Below are positions 19,538 to 29,529 of a DNA stretch of 64,000 nucleotides, piece after piece. Location of the stretch: assembly GCA_963775425.1 (NCBI GenBank), contig CAVZJB010000007.1:128001-192000 (forward strand). The letters are read 5' to 3'. This DNA comes from an uncultured delta proteobacterium (GTDB taxonomy: Bacteria; Myxococcota; UBA727; VGSZ01). The translations under genes and the position numbers were made by a program. The notes beneath the pieces are model-generated. The model was not told the DNA's origin, searched no databases, and was given only the letters and a program-made list of their open reading frames with translations. Within the stretch, counting starts at the first letter, position 1. Each line of letters begins with the position of its first letter.

Positions 19538-21636
19538 TCGAGGCCGCGGTTCTTCAAGAGCGCCTTGACGTCGGGGTCGCGGCCGCGGAACGCGCGGTAC
19601 TGGGCGGCGAGGTCGACGGTGTGGCCGCGCGAGAGGATCATGTCGCGGAAGCGCTTGCCGTTTTTGCGGTTCATGCCGCCGTTTTCCTCGAACCACTCGT
19701 AGGCGTCGTCGTCGAGGACCTCGCTCCACAGGTACGCGTAGTAGCCGGAGGAGTAACCCTCGTACCAGATGTGGGCGAAGTACGTGCTGTGGTAGCGCGG
19801 CGGGACCAGCGGGTAGTCGACGCCGAAGCGCTTGAGCGACGCCGCCTCGAACGGCAGCGCGTCCTGCTTCTTGCCGCCGGGAGCGAGCGTGTGCCACGCC
19901 ATGTCGATGAGGCCGGCCTCGAGGTACTCCATGGTGGCGAAGCCCTGGTTGAACGTGTGGCTCTTCTTGATCTTCTCAATGAGCTCCGCGGGCATCGGCG
20001 CGCCGGTCTTGTAGTGACGCGCGTAGTTCTTGAGCACGGCGGGATACAGCGCCCAGTGCTCGTTGAACTGTGACGGGAACTCGACGAAGTCGCGGGGCGT
20101 CTGCGTGCCCGCGAGGGTGGGGTACTTCACGTTCGAGAACATGCCGTGCAGCGCGTGGCCGAACTCGTGGAACATGGTGGTGACGTCGTCGAAGCTCAAC
20201 AGCGCGGGCTGCCCCGGGGCCGGCTTGGTGAAGTTGCAGACGTTGAAGATCACCGGCTTTTGGTGAAGCAACCCGGTCTGGACGACGAAGTTGTCCATCC
20301 AGGCGCCGCCGGACTTGTTGTCGCGCTTGAAGTAGTCGGCGTACCAGAGCGCCAACGGCTTGCCGTTGGCGTCGCGCACCTCGAACACCCGCACGTCGGG
20401 CTGGTACACGGGGATGTCGTGGCGCTCCTTGAAGGTGATGCCGTACAGCTCGTGCGCGGCATAGAACACGCCGTCCTTCAGCACGCGGTTCAGCTCGAAG
20501 TACGGCTTGATCTGCGCCTCGTCGAGGTCGTACTCGGCCTTGCGCACGCGCTCCGCGTAGTACTGCCAGTCCCACGGCGCGAGCTTGAAGCCGCCCTTCT
20601 CCTTGTCGACGAGCGCCTGCATCTTGGCGGCCTCACCTTCGGCCTTTTTCCTGGCCGCGGGGACCATGTCGGTCATGAGCTTCTCCGCCGCCTCGGGCGT
20701 CTTGGCCATCTGGTCCTCGAGCGTGTAGTCGGCCCACGTCTTGAACCCGAGGAGCTTGGCCTTGTCCGCGCGCAACTGCGCGAGGCGCTCGATGATCGCG
20801 CGCGTGTCGTCGGCGTTGCCCTGGTCTGCGCGGTGCACCGACGCGTTGAAGAGCTTCTCGCGGATCGCGCGGTTCTTGAGGGAGGTCTGGTAGGGCTGCT
20901 GGGTGGTGTTCTGCAGGGCGAGGAGCCACTTGCCCTTCAACCCGCGCGCCTCGGCCGCCTGCGCGGCCGCGGCCACGTCGGCGTCGCTGAGGCCGTCGAG
21001 GTCCGCCTTCTTGTCGAGGACGAGGCCGCCGTCCTTGGTGGCCGCGAGCAGCTTGTTCTTGAACTCGGTGGAGAGCGACGACTCCTCCTTGTTGAGCGCC
21101 TTGAGCTTCTCCTTGTCGGCGTCCGAGAGGCCGGCGCCGGCGTGGATGAAGTCGTGCTCGTAGCGCTCGAGGAGCGCGAGCGACTCCGCATCGAGCTTGA
21201 GCTTGTCGCGCTGGTCGTAGACGGCCTTGACGCGCGCGTAGAGCTTGGCGTTCAGGTAGATGGCGTCGCTGTGGGCGGCGAGCTTGGGGGCCTCTTCCTC
21301 CTCGACCTGGGCGAGGGCGTCGTTGGTGTTGGCCATGGTGATGGCGAAGAACGCCTTGGAGGCGCGCGTGAGCGCCTGACCCGTGCGCTCCATGGCGACG
21401 ATGGTGTTCGCGAAGGTGGGCGCCGCCTTGTCGTCGGCGATCTTGGCGACCTCTGCGAGCTGCAGCTTCATGCCCTCTTCGATGGCCGGCTGGTAATCCG
21501 TGTCCTTGATCTTGTTGAAGGGCGGCGCCTGGAACGGCAGCGTGCTCGCCTTCAAGAACGGATTCTTGTGCTTGGGCGCGTCGTGGCCGGCGACGGTGAC
21601 GGTGAGGGCGACGAGGAGCAGGACGGGGAGGTGCAT
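19534..21636 (-). CDS. dcp: Peptidyl-dipeptidase Dcp (M3 metallopeptidase), with signal peptide
   Basis: NPFLKASTLPFQAPPF, KSGGAWM, TMFHEFGHALHG, DFVEFPSQFNE, GYYAYLWSEVLD. Confidence 0.93.
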   Translation of the reverse strand: MHLPVLLLVALTVTVAGHDAPKHKNPFLKASTLPFQAPPFNKIKDTDYQPAIEEGMKLQLAEVAKIADDKAAPTFANTIVAMERTGQALTRASKAFFAITMANTNDALAQVEEEEAPKLAAHSDAIYLNAKLYARVKAVYDQRDKLKLDAESLALLERYEHDFIHAGAGLSDADKEKLKALNKEESSLSTEFKNKLLAATKDGGLVLDKKADLDGLSDADVAAAAQAAEARGLKGKWLLALQNTTQQPYQTSLKNRAIREKLFNASVHRADQGNADDTRAIIERLAQLRADKAKLLGFKTWADYTLEDQMAKTPEAAEKLMTDMVPAARKKAEGEAAKMQALVDKEKGGFKLAPWDWQYYAERVRKAEYDLDEAQIKPYFELNRVLKDGVFYAAHELYGITFKERHDIPVYQPDVRVFEVRDANGKPLALWYADYFKRDNKSGGAWMDNFVVQTGLLHQKPVIFNVCNFTKPAPGQPALLSFDDVTTMFHEFGHALHGMFSNVKYPTLAGTQTPRDFVEFPSQFNEHWALYPAVLKNYARHYKTGAPMPAELIEKIKKSHTFNQGFATMEYLEAGLIDMAWHTLAPGGKKQDALPFEAASLKRFGVDYPLVPPRYHSTYFAHIWYEGYSSGYYAYLWSEVLDDDAYEWFEENGGMNRKNGKRFRDMILSRGHTVDLAAQYRAFRGRDPDVKALLKNRGLE

Positions 21637-21734
21637 GGCGGGACCCTGCGGCGGATCGAGCGTCGATGCAACCGGTCGCCTGCCGCCACGGTGACGGGGT
21701 CGACAACGTCCCCGCAAGCGAGCATGGATCGCGC

Positions 21735-22301
21735 ATGACGCTCGGCATCCTCCTCGTCGATCCCCAATACGACTTCTTCCCCGGCGGCAGCCTCGCGGTG
21801 GCCGAGGGAGACCGGATCGTCGAGCCGGTGAACGCCCTGTTGCAGCGCTTCGAGGGCGCGCCGGTGTTCGCGAGCCGGGACTGGCACCCGGCCTCGACGC
21901 GGCACTTCAAGGAGCGCGGGGGCATCTGGCCACCGCACTGCGTCCAGGGCACCCGCGGCGCCGCGTTCCACGCCGACCTGAAGATGGAGCGGGCCCACGT
22001 GTTCTCCAAGGGCATGAACCCCGAGGACGACGCCGGCTACTCGGCCTTCGAGGCGGTGCGCGAGGAGGGCGGCAAGACCGTCGCCCTGCTCGACGCCCTC
22101 AAGGGCGCGCACGTCGACACGCTCCTCGTGGCGGGCCTCGCCACGGACTACTGCGTCAAGGCCACCGTGCTCGACGCGTTGAACAACGCCATCCCCACCT
22201 TCGTGTACACGCCCGGCGTGCGCGCGGTGGACGTCAAGCCCGGCGACGGCGACAAAGCCCTGCAGGAGATGAAGGCCGCGGGGGCGCTCCTCGTCACGTG
22301 A
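21735..22301 (+). CDS. pncA: Nicotinamidase/pyrazinamidase
   Basis: VDPQYDFFPGGSLAV, DWHP, WPPHCVQGTRGA, GLATDYCV. Confidence 0.95.
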   Translation: MTLGILLVDPQYDFFPGGSLAVAEGDRIVEPVNALLQRFEGAPVFASRDWHPASTRHFKERGGIWPPHCVQGTRGAAFHADLKMERAHVFSKGMNPEDDAGYSAFEAVREEGGKTVALLDALKGAHVDTLLVAGLATDYCVKATVLDALNNAIPTFVYTPGVRAVDVKPGDGDKALQEMKAAGALLVT

Positions 22302-22311
22302 GGCGCGCGCG

Positions 22312-22695
22312 TCACGGCCGCGGCGGCGCCGCGTCGAGCTCGGCCTGAACGCGCCACCACTGCGCCTCGTCCGCCGCGATGGCCGGCATCGCGCCGCCGG
22401 TGACGCGCTCGCGCACGAGCGCCTCGATGAGCTTCGCCCGGTCGAGCGCGCGCTCGTCGGCGGCGCGGCCGTCGCCGGTGCCCCGCTCGGCGTCGCGCCA
22501 GCGCTGCGACCACGTGAAGACGTCGTCGACGCTGCCCGCGCCTGCCTTCATGCGGCTCAAGGCCTGCTGGTACACCTTGGCAGCGAGCGCGAGCCGCTGC
22601 GCGCGCAGGCCCTGTGCGCCCGGCAGCGTGGTGGTGACCGGCGGTTCTGCCAGGGCGACGGTGGAGACCAGGAGCAACAAAGCGGCGAGACGCAC
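22312..22695 (-). CDS. Small secreted helical protein
   Basis: Signal peptide MRLAALLLLVSTVALA and GGAG RBS. Confidence 0.65.
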   Translation of the reverse strand: MRLAALLLLVSTVALAEPPVTTTLPGAQGLRAQRLALAAKVYQQALSRMKAGAGSVDDVFTWSQRWRDAERGTGDGRAADERALDRAKLIEALVRERVTGGAMPAIAADEAQWWRVQAELDAAPPRP

Positions 22696-22789
22696 GAGCC
22701 ACCTCCGCCGCGCAGGCTAGCGCGGGGCGCGCCGGCGTAGATCCCGCGGGGGGTCACACGCCGCGCCGCGGCGCCGTATCCTGCTCACG

Positions 22790-25010
22790 ATGCCCGCTCT
22801 CGCCGCGCTGTTCGCCCGCAGGCCCGAGCCGAGCTACCCGAAGCTGCCGCGGGTGGACGCCGATGGGCGCGCCAGCGTCCCCGGCGTCTTCGTGGTCGGC
22901 GACGCGGCGGGCACGCCGCTTTTGAAGCTCGGCATGAACGCCGGCGCGCACGTCGCCGGCGCCGTCGACGCCGAGCTCGGCCCCGGCGACCCCGACGGGA
23001 CCAATCCGCAAAGGGAGGTCCTCGACGTCGCCGTGATCGGCGCCGGCGCCGCCGGCCTCGCCTGCGCGCTGCGCTTGAAGAAGCGCGGGCGCAGCGTGGT
23101 GGTCCTCGAAGGCGGCAGCACGGCGCAGACCGTCGTGTCGATGACGAAGGGCAAGCACATCTTCGCCGAGCCCACGGCGGTGAAGAACGACAGCAATCTC
23201 TGGCTCTCCGAGTGCACCCGCGAGGAGCTCCTCGACAAGTGGCGCGCAGCCATCCGCGACGCCGGGCTCGACGTGCGCGAGCGGACGCGCGTGGAGAACG
23301 TGCGCCGCGACGGCGGCGGCTTCGTCGTCGAGGTCCGCGCGGCGGCGGGCGCGCCAGCGCCGGAGGCGCCGGTGCGCGCGCGGCGCGTCGTTGTCGCCGT
23401 CGGCAAGGCCGGGGCGCCGCGCAAGGCGGGCGTGCCCGGCGAGGCGGAGCACGCGGCCCGCGTGCGCTACGCCCTCGACGACGCCGCGGCCGTCTCGGGC
23501 AAGCGCGTGCTCGTCTACGGCGGCGGCGACGTCGCGTGCGAAGCGGCGCTCGCGCTGTGCGAACGGAACACGGTGACGCTCGCGACCATCGACGAGGCGC
23601 TCACGTTCCCCAAGAAGCGCAACCGCGACGCCGTCGTCGCCGCGGCCGGCGCGGGGCGGATCGATCTGCGGCTTCACGCGCGGCTCGGCGCGATCGGCGA
23701 GGCGTCGTGCCGATTTCAGGGGGGAGCCCACGCGGACGACGGTGCGGCGGGCGGAGCGGCCGACGTCGACGGCGACAGCGACGTCGAGGCCGACCTCGTC
23801 TACGTCATGATCGGCGCCGACCCGCCGGTGGCGTTCTTCAACAAGCTCGGCCTCGCCCTCGAGGGCGACTGGACGCCCAAGCGCTACGCCGTCGCCACCC
23901 TGATCTTCCTCGCCGTCTACTCGCTGTACGCGCTCAAGAAGTTCCCCGAGACGCCGTTTTCCTGGCCGTTTTCGCTCTTCCTCGACAAAGCCGCGTTCGC
24001 CGCCGCCGTCGGCCACGCCTTCGACGTCACCTTCGCTCCGTTTTCGTGGCTGTTCACACCGGCGGCGCGCGCCGACATCCAACGCACGCTCTGGTTTCAG
24101 CAGGGCTACCTCTACTCGCTCGCGTACACCGTCGTCATGGTCGTGTTCGGGCGCCAGGCGATGCTGCGCTGGACCGGCACCGCCAAGCGCCCCGCGTACC
24201 AGCGCTGGCGCTACGTCACGCTCCTCTCGTTCCAGGTGGGCTTCTTTGTCATCGCCAACGTCGTCGCCGTCCAGGCGCTGTCCATCCAGAACGCCTGGCG
24301 CGCGTGGGGGCTCTACCAACCGTGGCCGCTGTTCTTCCACACCTTCGACTGGTGGCAGCGCTCGGATCCCGCGGTGGTGAAGTGGGGGTTCATCGGCGCC
24401 GGCCTCGCCGGGACCTTCGTCGTCATCCCGCTCCTCGCGTGGAAGAACGGCAAGCGCTTCTGCACCTGGGTGTGTGGCTGCGGCGGCCTCGCCGAGACCC
24501 TCGGCGATCGCTGGCGGCACCTGGCGCCCAAGGGAACGCGCGCGCGCGCCTGGGAGTTCCAGGCCTTCGTCGTCCTCGGCGCCGCCACGCTCGCCACCGT
24601 CGTCACCGTCGGCGCCTACGGCACGCGCGCGGACAACGCGTGGGCGCTCGCATACTCCTACGTCGTCGACTTCTGGCTCGTCGCCGTCATCCCCGTGGCG
24701 CTCTACCCGTTCTTCGGCGGCAAAGTGTGGTGCCGCTACTGGTGTCCGCTCGCGGCGTGGAACCAGAATCCTCGCGCGCCTGTACGGCCGGCTCGGCATC
24801 GTGAGCACCGATCAGTGCATCTCGTGCGGCCAGTGCAGCAAGAACTGCGAGGTCGGCGTCGACGTCATGAAGTTCGCGCGCGTCGAGGAGCGCTTCGACA
24901 ACAAGAACAGCGCCTGCATCCAGTGCGGCATCTGCGTCGACGTCTGCCCCGTCGACGTGCTGTCGTTTTCGACGGCGCGGCCGCGCAAAAGTCTGCCCGT
25001 CGTGTCGTGA
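22790..25010 (+). pseudogene. FAD/NAD(P) oxidoreductase fused to a membrane 4Fe-4S (NapH/NosR-like) domain, frameshifted near 24767
   Basis: VVGD..G, VIGAGAAG, GGGDVA, TM helices, FCTWVCGCG, WCRYWCP. The two CxxCxxCxxxC ferredoxin motifs are in another frame after CAG-A-ATC. Could be a sequencing error. Confidence 0.8.
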
Positions 25011-25016
25011 CGGGCG

Positions 25017-26417
25017 TCAGGGGACGCGGCCCACCCGGACGCCGGTCGCGCCGCCGCCGCCGCCCCCGCCGGCGCTCGGGGAGGTGCCGCTGCCGGGGTC
25101 GCCTTTGCCCGGGGGGGAGCCCCCGTTGCCGCCGCCGCCGCCGCCGTCGGCGCTGGCCGCGCCGCCCAGGCCCGCCGCGGGCACGGCGTCGCCGTCGTTG
25201 CCGCTCGGGCCCGGCTGCGCGGCGGTGCCGCCGGCGCCGCCGCCCCCGCCCAGGGTGATGATGGATCCCGAGAAGCTCTGCACGGCGGCCTCGAAGGCGA
25301 TCGCGCCACCGGAGCCGCCACCACCGCCGCCGAAGAGGGCCGAGTTGAGCCCGCCGCCCTGACCGCCGCCGCCCGCGGCGTCGATGACGCCGAGGCCCGA
25401 GAGGGTGCCGGCGACCGAGACCTGCAGCGCGCCGCCGCCCCCGCCGCCGGCGCCGCCACCGGCGGTGTTGCCGTTGCCCCCGCTGCAGCCGCCGGCGAGC
25501 ACCTCGGCGAAGAAGTCGTGTCCCTGCGCGACGGCGCTGCCGCCGTCGGCTCCCCCGCCCCCTTGGCCGCCCGCCGACGAGAATCCCCCGCCGCCGCCCC
25601 CACCGCTTACGAGCCCGGGCTGGCCTTCTCCGTCGGCGCAGAACGAGGCGCTCGACCCGCCCGGGCCGGCCTGGGGGCCGGTGGCCGAGACGTCGAGCGT
25701 GCCGCTGACGTCGGCGTCGCCGAAGACGAGGAAGAGGACCGCCGGCGCGCCGGTGACGACGCTGTCGGAGACGCGGAGCGTCGCGTCCCCCGGCAGCGTG
25801 AAGTCCCGCATCACGAGCACGCGGATCTCGGGCCCGCCGGCCTGCGCGATCAACATCGTAGGCACCGTTGCGCCGCAGAAGGTCGGCGCCGCGCTCGACG
25901 AGAAGATGGTGGTGGACGAGCCGAGGCCGCAGTGGACGTCGGGCGGGTCGCGCACGCCGGCGACCACGTTCGCGTCGAGGTGCGCCGGGGTGAACGGGAA
26001 GGAGCGCCAGCAAGCGTTCGCGGCGGGGTCGCAGCTGAAGCCCGCTGTGGGGACGCAGCCGGCGTCGCAGCCGTCGACGCCGTCGCAGGCCTCGGCGCCG
26101 TCGACGGAGCCGTTGCCGCAGTCGCCTCCGCCGTCTCCTTCGCCCTCGCCTTCGCCCTCTCCCTCTCCCTCTCCCTCTCCCTCGCCTTCGCCTTCGCCTT
26201 CGCCTTCGCCTTCACCTTCGCCTTCGCCCTCGCCTTCGCCCTCGCCTTCGCCCTCTCCCTCGCCGGCGTGGTCGAGGACGCAGACCCCGCCGCCGCAATG
26301 GGTGCCGTCGACGCAGTCCTCGTCGGCGATGCACTCGGTGGCGGGGCTGCACGCGGAGCACGCCCCCGTGAGCGCCAGGACGCCGAGCTCGGCGACGACG
26401 GCGATCGCGCGCTTCAT
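25017..26417 (-). CDS. Secreted/lipoprotein with (GE)n linker, myxobacterial Cys-rich repeat and Gly-rich C-terminal domain
   Basis: Signal plus LTGAC, CIADEDC...C domain, (GE)n, CGNGSVDGAEACDG...GCDAGC repeat, GGAGGGGGGAL/GGGSGGAI repeats. Confidence 0.8.
   Translation of the reverse strand: MKRAIAVVAELGVLALTGACSACSPATECIADEDCVDGTHCGGGVCVLDHAGEGEGEGEGEGEGEGEGEGEGEGEGEGEGEGEGEGEGEGEGEGDGGGDCGNGSVDGAEACDGVDGCDAGCVPTAGFSCDPAANACWRSFPFTPAHLDANVVAGVRDPPDVHCGLGSSTTIFSSSAAPTFCGATVPTMLIAQAGGPEIRVLVMRDFTLPGDATLRVSDSVVTGAPAVLFLVFGDADVSGTLDVSATGPQAGPGGSSASFCADGEGQPGLVSGGGGGGGFSSAGGQGGGGADGGSAVAQGHDFFAEVLAGGCSGGNGNTAGGGAGGGGGGALQVSVAGTLSGLGVIDAAGGGGQGGGLNSALFGGGGGGSGGAIAFEAAVQSFSGSIITLGGGGGAGGTAAQPGPSGNDGDAVPAAGLGGAASADGGGGGGNGGSPPGKGDPGSGTSPSAGGGGGGGATGVRVGRVP
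26135..26264 (-). repeat. Hexamer tandem repeat encoding (Gly-Glu)n
   Basis: Directly visible hexamer run. Confidence 0.95.
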
Positions 26418-26451
26418 GTCGAGAGCTTGCCACACCCGCGTCCGGGTGGCC

Positions 26452-26892
26452 TCACCGGCGCAGGTGCGGCGGCGCGAGCTCCTCGAGCTTCGCGTCGATC
26501 TTTTCGAAGGTCCACGTGTCCGGCCCGTAGCGCCCGAGCACCACGAGCGCGCCGGACGCCGCGCGGTGCAGCAGCCAGGGCCCCTTCACGCCCGGCTTCA
26601 CGGCGTAGTGCGCCACGGGCTTCACCACGTCGATGCGCCGATCCTTCGGGAGCGTCAGCGCGCCGCGGACGACGCGCTTGACCGCGAGCGTCACCCGTTG
26701 CGCGGGCGCGCCCTCGCCTTTCGCCGGCGGCGGCGCGCCCCTCGCCGCGTCCGGCGGCGCGGGCAGCGGGGCCACCGCGACGACGACGGCGTCGACGATG
26801 ACGTCGGTCTGCGGGAAGATCTCCTCGAGCGGCTCGGGCGGCCTGGCGCCCGCCACGAGCAGGCCGGCGACCACCACGGCGCCCGTGATCAC
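26452..26892 (-). CDS. Exported small beta protein with TIMP/OB-fold-like pattern
   Basis: Hydrophobic N-terminus. TDVIVDAVVVAV...RVTLAVKRVVRG...IDVVK...PGVKGPWLL pattern. GTGA-coupled to the protease stop. Confidence 0.6.
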   Translation of the reverse strand: MITGAVVVAGLLVAGARPPEPLEEIFPQTDVIVDAVVVAVAPLPAPPDAARGAPPPAKGEGAPAQRVTLAVKRVVRGALTLPKDRRIDVVKPVAHYAVKPGVKGPWLLHRAASGALVVLGRYGPDTWTFEKIDAKLEELAPPHLRR

Positions 26893-29072
26893 GGCGCGTC
26901 TTGCGTGACGAAGTACATGGTCTGGTAGAGCTTCATGAACGTGTCGAGCTTCAAGTAGAAGATGCCGTCGTTCTTGCCGTCGTCGTAGGGATACGGCTCG
27001 CTCTCACCCCACGGGTTGCGCAGGTGGACGTACTTCACGCCCTTGTCGTCCGTCTTGTAGCCGATGATCGAGTACGCGTGGTCCGCGTAGACGCCGGTGT
27101 TGGCGTAGAGCGCCTCCTGATCATCGCCGTGGGTGCCCGCGCCGATGGGCCGGTGCTTGTCGACGCTGTCCTTGATCTGGCTCCACACGCGGTCCTTGTC
27201 GTAGATGCCCATCGACGACGTCTTCAGCCCCAGGATGTCCTCGAACACCTGGCTCATCTGGCCGCCGTTGCCGATGGCCTCGTAGCTGTCGCCCTTCCAC
27301 TCCGCGTACGCCTTCTCGAGGATGGAGAACCACAGCTCCATGTCCTTGGGCGTGCGCACACCGTCGTCGGAGCCGTACAGCGGGCCGCCCCAACTGCGCA
27401 CGTAGAGGTCGCCGTCGACCTTCACGACCTCGTCCTTGAACTTGCTGGTCTGCCAGTCGTACTTCTGGAAGTGGACCTCGTACCAGACCTTCTCCTCGCC
27501 GGTGGTCTGGTCCACCTCGCGCTTTTGCTGGATGATCTTCTCGAACGTCCCCGGCTTGTGAAACGCGATGGTGGCGATGGACGCCGGGAAGTAGCAGTCG
27601 CCCAGGTTCCCCTGCGTGACGTCCTTGTAGTCGGCGCCGTCGGCGTCGAACAGCGGCCCCATGAACCGCTCCATGGAGAACTTGGGCTTGCCGTCCGCCG
27701 TCATCTCTTCGTGATGGAGCGTCGGGTCCTTCAGGTCGAAGCTGTTGAACGCCGGCTGCCCCGCCTCGCGCACGGTGAGCGTGGAGATCTCGTTTTGGAG
27801 ATCCTTGTCGTTGACGCCGTCGGTGATGCGGATGGAGAAGGTGTCGCCCGTCTTTCCCGGGATCCTGGCGCCGTCGGGCGGGTTGCCGACGTCGGTGAGG
27901 GTGATGTCGGTGGCCTCATTGGTGCGCTGGTTGACGAAGCGCATCACGGCGCCGGGCTCGCTGATGGGGCGGCTCGAGTTGATGTTGCCGAGGCTGATGG
28001 TGCCGTCCTTGTTGTCGACGAGCCCCACCCGGAACAACGCGGCCTCCGCGGGGCGCGTGTCGGGCCCGAGGCCGGCGGCGCGGACGTCGAGCGACGCGGT
28101 GGCGGTGCCGTCGGGCAGCTTCAAGCGCACGCGGATGATGTCGCCGGCGCGCATCTCGGCGTCGCCCGTGAAGGTGCCGTCGCTGCCGACCTTGCCGAGC
28201 GAGAGGAACTCGTCGGTGTGCAGGCGCTTGTTGGGGATGGTCGACATGTTGATGTACTCGACCTCGGCCCCGGGGACGCCCTTGAGCGAGAGCCGGCCCT
28301 GCCCGTCCGCCGCGCCGCTCTGGTCGCCGAGCATCGTGAGCTTGCCGTCCGAGGACACGCCGCCGCCGCCGGTGCGGCCCACGACGGCCGCCAGGAGCGC
28401 GCGCGCGTCGTCGTCGAGGGTGAAGCTGGAGCCGTCGAGCAGCCCGACGATGAGGACCTTCGTGTCGTCGCCGAGCTTGTCCTTGGCGAAGGCCGCGAGG
28501 TCGTCGCCCGGCTGCGGCGCGGCGGGCAGGAGCGCGGCGGTGACCAGCTCCTTGGCGCGAGCGGTGTCGACGGTGAAGCCCGGGTCCTGGCTCATCTCCT
28601 CCCGCCACCTGTCGAGGATCTTCTGTGCGTCCGGCAGCGCGTGCGACGACCACCCGCGGCGCGTGCGCAGGTCGAGCACCGACGCCGCCACCGCGTGGTC
28701 CATCGTGGTCTTCGCGAGCGACGGGGCCGACGGCGCGAGGCTGCCGAGCACGGACAAGCCCAGGAGCGCCGACATGGTCCCCCGCCGCAGCTTGCGCTTG
28801 ACGCCGTCGAAGAAGGACAGGCCGTGGACCGCGCTCCTGGCGCCTGCGCCGCGGGGCTTCTTCGGCGTGGACGCGAAGCCGAGCGCCCTCCTGGCTGCGG
28901 CCGTGGCGGTGCCTCCGTCGACCTCGGGCCGCTCGAGCGGCAGCGCGTCCGACGTCCCCTTCGCCTGGTCGGCGCCGTCGACGACGGCGGACGTCTGCGT
29001 CGAGACCTTCTTGGGCTCGATGCGGGGGGTCTTGTCGTAGCGCTTGCTGCCGAGGTCGTTCTTGATGGGCAT
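26889..29072 (-). CDS. Calpain-like C2-family cysteine protease
   Basis: QGNLGDCYFPASIA (catalytic Cys), LWFSILEKAYA, DHAYSIIG (His), LRNPWG (Asn), DGIFYL. Confidence 0.9.
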   Translation of the reverse strand: MPIKNDLGSKRYDKTPRIEPKKVSTQTSAVVDGADQAKGTSDALPLERPEVDGGTATAAARRALGFASTPKKPRGAGARSAVHGLSFFDGVKRKLRRGTMSALLGLSVLGSLAPSAPSLAKTTMDHAVAASVLDLRTRRGWSSHALPDAQKILDRWREEMSQDPGFTVDTARAKELVTAALLPAAPQPGDDLAAFAKDKLGDDTKVLIVGLLDGSSFTLDDDARALLAAVVGRTGGGGVSSDGKLTMLGDQSGAADGQGRLSLKGVPGAEVEYINMSTIPNKRLHTDEFLSLGKVGSDGTFTGDAEMRAGDIIRVRLKLPDGTATASLDVRAAGLGPDTRPAEAALFRVGLVDNKDGTISLGNINSSRPISEPGAVMRFVNQRTNEATDITLTDVGNPPDGARIPGKTGDTFSIRITDGVNDKDLQNEISTLTVREAGQPAFNSFDLKDPTLHHEEMTADGKPKFSMERFMGPLFDADGADYKDVTQGNLGDCYFPASIATIAFHKPGTFEKIIQQKREVDQTTGEEKVWYEVHFQKYDWQTSKFKDEVVKVDGDLYVRSWGGPLYGSDDGVRTPKDMELWFSILEKAYAEWKGDSYEAIGNGGQMSQVFEDILGLKTSSMGIYDKDRVWSQIKDSVDKHRPIGAGTHGDDQEALYANTGVYADHAYSIIGYKTDDKGVKYVHLRNPWGESEPYPYDDGKNDGIFYLKLDTFMKLYQTMYFVTQDAP

Positions 29073-29483
29073 TCAGGCTCCCAGCGATCGCAGGATCTGC
29101 TCGAAGGCCTGGTCGGCCTTCGCGTGCGGCTTGTCGGTGCAGGTGACGGTGACGATGGCGACGCTGGCGCCGGCGTCGACGTAGGCCTGTCGCTGGCGCA
29201 TGGTCTCCCCCTGCGGCGAGCGGGCCTTGTGGTCGACGATGACGGCGGCGCGGTCGTTGACGCGCTCCTCCTTGCGGCCGCCGGCGGCGTAGCCCGGGAG
29301 CGAGCGCGCGAGGTCCTGGAGCTGCGCCTCGACGTACGGCCCGAAGGCGGTCTGGCCTCGGGGATCGTTGGCGAGGGTGATGGTGAAGGTGGGCGCCTCG
29401 GGGTTGTCCACCAGGGTGACCACGGTCTGGTCCACGAGGCCGGCGGGGACGTCGAAACGGAGGGAATTCCAGGTGTAAGACAT
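29073..29483 (-). CDS. DUF1795/DcrB-related (PsbP-fold, Eag-like) protein
   Basis: FDVPAGLVDQTVVTL...FTITLAND...YVEAQLQDLARSLPGY...RQRQAY...FEQILRSL pattern. No signal peptide. Its stop abuts the protease ATG. Confidence 0.75.
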   Translation of the reverse strand: MSYTWNSLRFDVPAGLVDQTVVTLVDNPEAPTFTITLANDPRGQTAFGPYVEAQLQDLARSLPGYAAGGRKEERVNDRAAVIVDHKARSPQGETMRQRQAYVDAGASVAIVTVTCTDKPHAKADQAFEQILRSLGA

Positions 29484-29529
29484 CCCTGGACTGTATCGCC
29501 GCCCCGCGCTTTTTGGCGTCTCTCGAGCC

